Of a stretch of DNA of 64,000 nt, positions 59,256-64,000 are shown piece after piece. Origin of the DNA: Kiritimatiellia bacterium (GTDB taxonomy: Bacteria; Verrucomicrobiota; Kiritimatiellia; RFP12; DVOR01); contig JAVVWU010000002.1 in NCBI GenBank assembly GCA_036651955.1, forward strand, positions 6,459 through 70,458. Reading direction: 5' to 3'. The notes under the pieces are model-generated. The model saw only the letters and a program-made list of their open reading frames with translations, did not search any database and was not told the DNA's origin. The translations under genes and the position numbers were made by a program. Position 1 is the first letter of the stretch, and each line of letters opens with the position of its first letter.

Positions 59256-59980
59256 TGCTTAAGACCGATGCTTTGGGGTGGATCTTAAATGCGCAACTCC
59301 TCTTTGTCTTTTGTGGCGCTATTTTCCCACGACGGCTTGCACGTGTAATGTGGGTGGCGGTGCTTCCACTCGCAATGAGTGCGATTATTTTGCGCTGGGT
59401 GGCGGTCGGACATCCACCGATGCGAAATCTTTTTGAAGCTTTCCTATGGTTACCGCTTGGACTTGTTCTTTGTACAGTGGTGACAGGTTGGCGTGAAAAG
59501 TTTGCACCTGTACGTCTGGATGCTGTCTTAGGATTCCTTGTGGCATTTCCGCTCGCATTTGTTTTTTCTGCTACAGAGGGGCAACTGCCACCAGCGTTGC
59601 AGAGCCCACTTTTTGTACCGCACGTATTAGGTTATATGTTGGCATATGTTCTAATGGCAAGAGCTTTCGTTTTGGAGTGTGTAGGACAGACAACCGCTTC
59701 GCGTCACAATGTTGCAATCGGCTTCTTTCTTATTTCGTTAGCACTTGTATTGGGATCAATCTGGGGAAATGAAGCGTGGGGAGCCTACTGGCAATGGGAC
59801 CCGAAAGAACAGTGGTCGTTGGCTACGTGGTTGATTTACGCCGCATTTTTCCATGTGAGAGGTTCTCGCCGTTGGCGGCTGGTATTGCTTGGCGTCGGCT
59901 TGCTTGCTATCATTCTTACGGTGACGTGGATTAACCTTTCTAAACTTTTCCCTGGAATGCATAGCTATGCCGGACTCTAA
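59252..59980 (+). CDS. ccsA: Cytochrome c-type biogenesis protein CcsA (system II)
   Basis: WGAYWQWDPKE tryptophan-rich (WWD) motif. Confidence 0.8.
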   Translation: MMLKTDALGWILNAQLLFVFCGAIFPRRLARVMWVAVLPLAMSAIILRWVAVGHPPMRNLFEAFLWLPLGLVLCTVVTGWREKFAPVRLDAVLGFLVAFPLAFVFSATEGQLPPALQSPLFVPHVLGYMLAYVLMARAFVLECVGQTTASRHNVAIGFFLISLALVLGSIWGNEAWGAYWQWDPKEQWSLATWLIYAAFFHVRGSRRWRLVLLGVGLLAIILTVTWINLSKLFPGMHSYAGL

Positions 59981-60764
59981 TGGGACTTCGAGTCCCTTTG
60001 TTGAACTACTTGACGAGACGATTGATGCCTTGACCTATCTTCGCGAAGGCGGGGTCAAAATGACGCCGGTAGATCCTGCGGTTTGGCAGGCATTTGTAAC
60101 TCCCGTCCCAACGGTTCGTGCCTCCGTATTGCCGTCTATTCCTGAACCTGTGCGCGCGATGCGTTCTTCGGTCGTGGCTGATACACCGCAACAACGAGAG
60201 ACGGCGTTAGAGATGTTTCGTGCAGAGATTGCGCAGTGCCAGCGTTGTTCTGATTGTGCAGAAGCAGCACGTGTGCTCGGAAGCGGAAGCCCGTTTAATG
60301 CGCAAGTGATGGTGCTGAACGGCGCTTGTCTTGAAGGAGAGGATCCCGTTGCACAAGGTTCGCGTCTTGAAGGAGAGTCGGGCGAACTTTTCAACAAAAT
60401 GTTTGCTGCCATTGGACTGTCACGTTCTGATTTATATATCACATCCGTATTGAAATGCCGCGTAACGGAACGCCCCAAGGCAGCGACATTGCAGGCGTGT
60501 TCCGATTATTTACAGAATGAAATTCGTTTAGTAAATCCTAAAGTTTTGGTTCTACTCGGGGCTGTTGCGGTTAAGGCGATTTACCCGACGGGGGGCGTTT
60601 CTGCAGGACGAGTAGCGGTGTGGAACCGTCTCGGAAATGGACTTCCTACGCTTACGCTTCATCATCCGATGCGCTTACTGTTACTGGGGAAAACGATGGC
60701 GGATCCGTTGAAGCGGGAAAATTGGGCGGCGTTACAACTCTTACGCGATAAATTGAAAGATTGA
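59967..60764 (+). CDS. Uracil-DNA glycosylase superfamily protein (family 4-like) with an N-terminal extension
   Basis: GE(D)P...G.LF...YITSVLKCR and HHPM blocks. Confidence 0.65.
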   Translation: MPDSNGTSSPFVELLDETIDALTYLREGGVKMTPVDPAVWQAFVTPVPTVRASVLPSIPEPVRAMRSSVVADTPQQRETALEMFRAEIAQCQRCSDCAEAARVLGSGSPFNAQVMVLNGACLEGEDPVAQGSRLEGESGELFNKMFAAIGLSRSDLYITSVLKCRVTERPKAATLQACSDYLQNEIRLVNPKVLVLLGAVAVKAIYPTGGVSAGRVAVWNRLGNGLPTLTLHHPMRLLLLGKTMADPLKRENWAALQLLRDKLKD

Positions 60765-60767
60765 GCC

Positions 60768-62063
60768 ATGTCTAAACTTATTATTCGAGGGGGGCGTCCT
60801 ATTACAGGTACGCATCATGTTTTTGGTAACAAAAATGCCGCACTTCCGATGCTTGCCGCAACGTTGCTGACTTCTGAACCGGTAACGCTTGAAAACGTGC
60901 CCAATATCGTTGACGTTCAGATGATGATTGAAGGATTGCGTGCGTTGGGAGCCAAAGTGGTGAGTGAGCCCGAGCAACATCGTGTAACGGTGGAGGCTCG
61001 GAATCTTCGTGTCGATGCGACCGTTCCTGCGGGAATTTGCACATGTATTCGTACCTCCTTTCTTTTTGCTGCGCCGATGCTTGCCCGTAAAGGTGTGATT
61101 CGCCTCAAAGGTGCACCGGGCGGTGATAGTATTGGTCGGCGTCGTTTGGATACGCATATCAACGGTTTCGCCGCGCTTGGCGTTCGTTCGACTTTTAGAA
61201 AAACAGGGGGATGTACGCTGTCGGTAAAAGGGGGACTTAAAGGCGCTTATTTCATGTTGGATGAGGCTTCGGTAATGGCGACCGAAAACCTTGTGATGGC
61301 GGCTGTTTGTGCTGAAGGGACAACGACACTTTATAATACCGCCTGTGAACCGCATATCCGTAATTTATGCCGGATGCTCTGTTCGATGGGCGCAAAGATT
61401 GAGGGCATTGGCACAAATCGTTTAGTGATTGAAGGCGTGAAAAAGCTGAGTGGCGGAACGTTTCGTGTGGATGGCGATATCATTGAAGCCGCCTCGTATC
61501 TTGTCGCGTCCATTGTGACGCATGGCGCACTCGTTTTAGAAGGCATTGAGCTTGAAGATTTAGCGGTGCTTGAACCAGCGTTCCATAAGTTTGGCGTACG
61601 TTGGACGATAGAAGGGACAACGCTTCGTCTTTCCGCAAAACAACGATTATGTACGGCGTATGACTTAGGCGCAGCCATTCCGAAGGTTGAAGATGGTCCT
61701 TGGCCGATGTTGCCATCAGATTTGTTGAGTGCGTTAATTGTGCTTGCGACACAAACGCGTGGAACTGAACTTTTCTTTGAAAAGATGTTTGAAAGCCGTC
61801 TATATTTCGTTGATCATCTGATTGGTATGGGGGCAAAGATTGTACAATGTGATCCACATCGTGCGGTGATTACCGGTCCGACCATGCTCCAAGGCTCGGT
61901 GGTATCAAGTCCTGATATACGCGCCGGAATGGCGCTTATTATTGCGGCACTTTGTGCCAAAGGTGTGACGATTATTCACAATGCCGAATCGGTTGATCGC
62001 GGGTATGAAGCGATTGAGGAAAATCTTCGTTCATTAGGTGCAGAGATACGGCGAGAGAATTAA
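60768..62063 (+). CDS. murA: UDP-N-acetylglucosamine 1-carboxyvinyltransferase
   Basis: EPT family. Full length, 431 aa. Confidence 0.93.
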   Translation: MSKLIIRGGRPITGTHHVFGNKNAALPMLAATLLTSEPVTLENVPNIVDVQMMIEGLRALGAKVVSEPEQHRVTVEARNLRVDATVPAGICTCIRTSFLFAAPMLARKGVIRLKGAPGGDSIGRRRLDTHINGFAALGVRSTFRKTGGCTLSVKGGLKGAYFMLDEASVMATENLVMAAVCAEGTTTLYNTACEPHIRNLCRMLCSMGAKIEGIGTNRLVIEGVKKLSGGTFRVDGDIIEAASYLVASIVTHGALVLEGIELEDLAVLEPAFHKFGVRWTIEGTTLRLSAKQRLCTAYDLGAAIPKVEDGPWPMLPSDLLSALIVLATQTRGTELFFEKMFESRLYFVDHLIGMGAKIVQCDPHRAVITGPTMLQGSVVSSPDIRAGMALIIAALCAKGVTIIHNAESVDRGYEAIEENLRSLGAEIRREN

Positions 62064-62107
62064 ACTCGCTATTTCCAGCGGTCTCGGCAAGTCATCGTTG
62101 TCGAGGC

Positions 62108-63556
62108 TTATTTCATAGGCGGGATAGAGGAGTTCGCCGTGGAACTGATGACAAGTGGCTCATTCGGCGTAGCAGATTCATCTGCCCAGCCTCCGCCCAA
62201 TGTTTTATAAAGTAAGATGACATCAGAAAAAAGAGCTGCTCGATGTGTCGCAATGGTTTCTTGAAGGCTTAATAGATTACCTTGCTGTGAAATAACATTA
62301 GAGAAGTCTGCTTCACCTTCTTTATAAACGCGGAGTGCGATATCGTACGCGATCTGATGTTGGTTTTCTGCTTCAATTAAATCTGCCGTGCGTTCCGCTT
62401 CATTGTGGTAGGCATTCCATGCCGCTTCTGCCTCTTGATAGGCCTGTAATACCGTATGCGTGTAATCGGCAACAGTTGCCGTCAGCGTTTCCTTGGCTGC
62501 CGCGATCCGTTTACGATAAGTGCCAAATCCAAAGACGTTCCAACTGGCGGAAGGTCCAAATCCGACATTTCGGGTGTAATCTGAAAGCGGTGCAATATCG
62601 GGTGCCGAGAGTCCGATAGTGCCATTGAGATAGAACTTGGGATAAATTTCCGCTGTTGCGATACCGACGGCTGCCGTTTGTGCATGAATACTCTCCTCTG
62701 CGACACGGATATCTGCGCGGCGGCGAAGAAGCTCATTGGAAAGTGTTTTAGGCGTGACGGAGGGAGGGCACATGACATCTTGTGTTTCGGAGATGCGCTG
62801 TTGCGTGGCATAGGGGACTTGTCCGGTGAGCCAGTCGAGTTTGAGCATCGCTTCCGTGAGCGATTGCCGTAACGCAGGAAGCGAAGCGCGGATACGTGCG
62901 AGTTGGGCAATTGCAGTCGCAAGATCGTAACGTGTGGACGTTTGAGCGGTGTACCGTTGCCGCGCCATCTCGGCGTTTCGTTCTTGTAACAGAATACTGG
63001 TTTGAACAAGGGTGACTTGCGCCTGATACTGACGCACCATCACATAGGTGCGAGCGATTTCTGCGGCAAGCGAAACGCGTACATCTTGTAACGTATAAGC
63101 GAGCTTTCGCTCCTCTGCTTCCGCTTGCTCAACGCTTCTGCGTACACTTCCGAAAAGGTCGATTTCCCATCGGGCATCCGCCGAGGTGTTTAACGTTTCA
63201 TTCCATTTTTTCGTCGATTGGGAATTGCCCCAATCGCGCGACCAACGGTAACTCCCGTCGGCAGAGAATTGTGGCCAATAGCTTCCCTCTACACCTTCTC
63301 GCAACGCACGTGCCGCGCGTAACCGTGCAATCGCCGCTTCAACCGTAGGCGAAGTCGCAAGACCTTGTTCAACAAACTCCGTCAATAGAGGGTCATCGAA
63401 ATTACGCCACCAAAACGCGAGAGAGTCGGTGGTCGTAATTGATCCGCCCACGAAAAGCGGAGCACGTATCTCAGGTGCTACCGGCGGTTTATAATCAGGT
63501 CCCACCGTACAGCCGACGATTAGCAGAAGGACGGCTGTAATCCAGCGGAGTTTCAT
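62108..63556 (-). CDS. NodT/TolC-family outer-membrane efflux lipoprotein
   Basis: Signal peptide with an IVGC lipobox. OEP repeats. Confidence 0.85.
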   Translation of the reverse strand: MKLRWITAVLLLIVGCTVGPDYKPPVAPEIRAPLFVGGSITTTDSLAFWWRNFDDPLLTEFVEQGLATSPTVEAAIARLRAARALREGVEGSYWPQFSADGSYRWSRDWGNSQSTKKWNETLNTSADARWEIDLFGSVRRSVEQAEAEERKLAYTLQDVRVSLAAEIARTYVMVRQYQAQVTLVQTSILLQERNAEMARQRYTAQTSTRYDLATAIAQLARIRASLPALRQSLTEAMLKLDWLTGQVPYATQQRISETQDVMCPPSVTPKTLSNELLRRRADIRVAEESIHAQTAAVGIATAEIYPKFYLNGTIGLSAPDIAPLSDYTRNVGFGPSASWNVFGFGTYRKRIAAAKETLTATVADYTHTVLQAYQEAEAAWNAYHNEAERTADLIEAENQHQIAYDIALRVYKEGEADFSNVISQQGNLLSLQETIATHRAALFSDVILLYKTLGGGWADESATPNEPLVISSTANSSIPPMK

Positions 63557-64000
63557 TGCACACGCCTGACGGATTCAATAACAACCGTCGTGAGTGGCAC
63601 ATCTTGAAAGTCTCCGGAGATTCCGGTCGGAACCTGTTCAATGGCATCCACAATTTCAAATCCATCCGTTACACGTCCAAAGACGGCATATCCGTAGCCG
63701 GTCGGATTGGGCGCACGGAAGTTGAGAAAAGCATTGTCTGCCGTATTGATAAAAAACTGTGCCGTTGCCGAATGAATCGCAGGCGTACGCGCCATTGCCA
63801 ACGTGTACTTTTCGTTTTTAAGCCCATTATTCGCTTCGTTTTGGAGCGCAGCATGGGTGGCTTTCTGCTTCATTTCAGCAGTGAAACCACCGCCTTGTAC
63901 CATGAATCCGGGAATCACACGATGGAAAATGGTGCCATCGTAGAAGCCTTCCTCCATATATTTCAGAAAATTCGCGACGGTTAACGGTGCAGAACTCTCA
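63553..64000 (-). CDS. Cyclophilin-type peptidyl-prolyl isomerase. The 5' end runs off the window.
   Basis: The frame stays open upstream of the listed ATG and reads [35 protein letters not shown]. Confidence 0.85.
   Translation of the reverse strand, partial: ESSAPLTVANFLKYMEEGFYDGTIFHRVIPGFMVQGGGFTAEMKQKATHAALQNEANNGLKNEKYTLAMARTPAIHSATAQFFINTADNAFLNFRAPNPTGYGYAVFGRVTDGFEIVDAIEQVPTGISGDFQDVPLTTVVIESVRRVQ

Overview
This is a 64 kb chromosomal segment of a bacterium at roughly 50% GC. Most of it is ordinary housekeeping DNA. Prepilin-type N-terminal domains, a GH33 sialidase and apparently leaderless promoters weakly suggest a PVC-superphylum (Verrucomicrobia-like) organism, but I hold that loosely.

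Housekeeping content:
- A classical nusA-infB-rbfA-truB-ribF operon followed by mazG and serC.
- dnaE, ispH, a CBS-containing family-II pyrophosphatase, the CCA-adding enzyme, dinB and pgk.
- A four-tRNA cluster (Pro-Leu-Glu-Ser), then clpX, nfo, rnr, rseP and ispG.
- System-II cytochrome c biogenesis genes (ccsB-like, ccsA), murA, and a NodT-type outer-membrane lipoprotein with a cyclophilin.

Accessory content:
- Two surface-glycan loci: a DegT aminotransferase, three NeuD/PglD-like acetyltransferases, GT2 and GT4 transferases, and a Dpm1-like gene.
- A DUF2235 (Tle1-like) lipase gene with an upstream Bor-family lipoprotein.
- A sialidase-exonuclease-CPBP gene string.
- A translationally coupled trio encoding an FHA protein, a pseudopilin and a SWIM zinc-finger protein.

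The most unusual signal is a paralogous, roughly 200-250 bp conserved intergenic module present twice, upstream of the DegT glycan locus and upstream of dnaE. Each copy carries tandem hairpins built from ACCTCAnTGAGGT units that show compensatory and wobble substitutions between the copies. Each also has a TGGCAC direct repeat (sigma-54-like spacing in one copy), eight flanking TGCATAAGT motifs in total, and a downstream box AAAGCTYTGAAWAATGA that recurs a third time upstream of corA. I read this as a candidate family of structured ncRNA or regulatory elements.

Two apparent gene defects sit in the first glycan locus: an in-frame TAG in the DegT aminotransferase, and a poly-G(9) tract at the edge of a low-GC insert that fuses an acetyltransferase ORF through its own terminator. 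Both could be phase variation, pseudogenes or assembly errors. No CRISPR array, transposase or integrase was seen.
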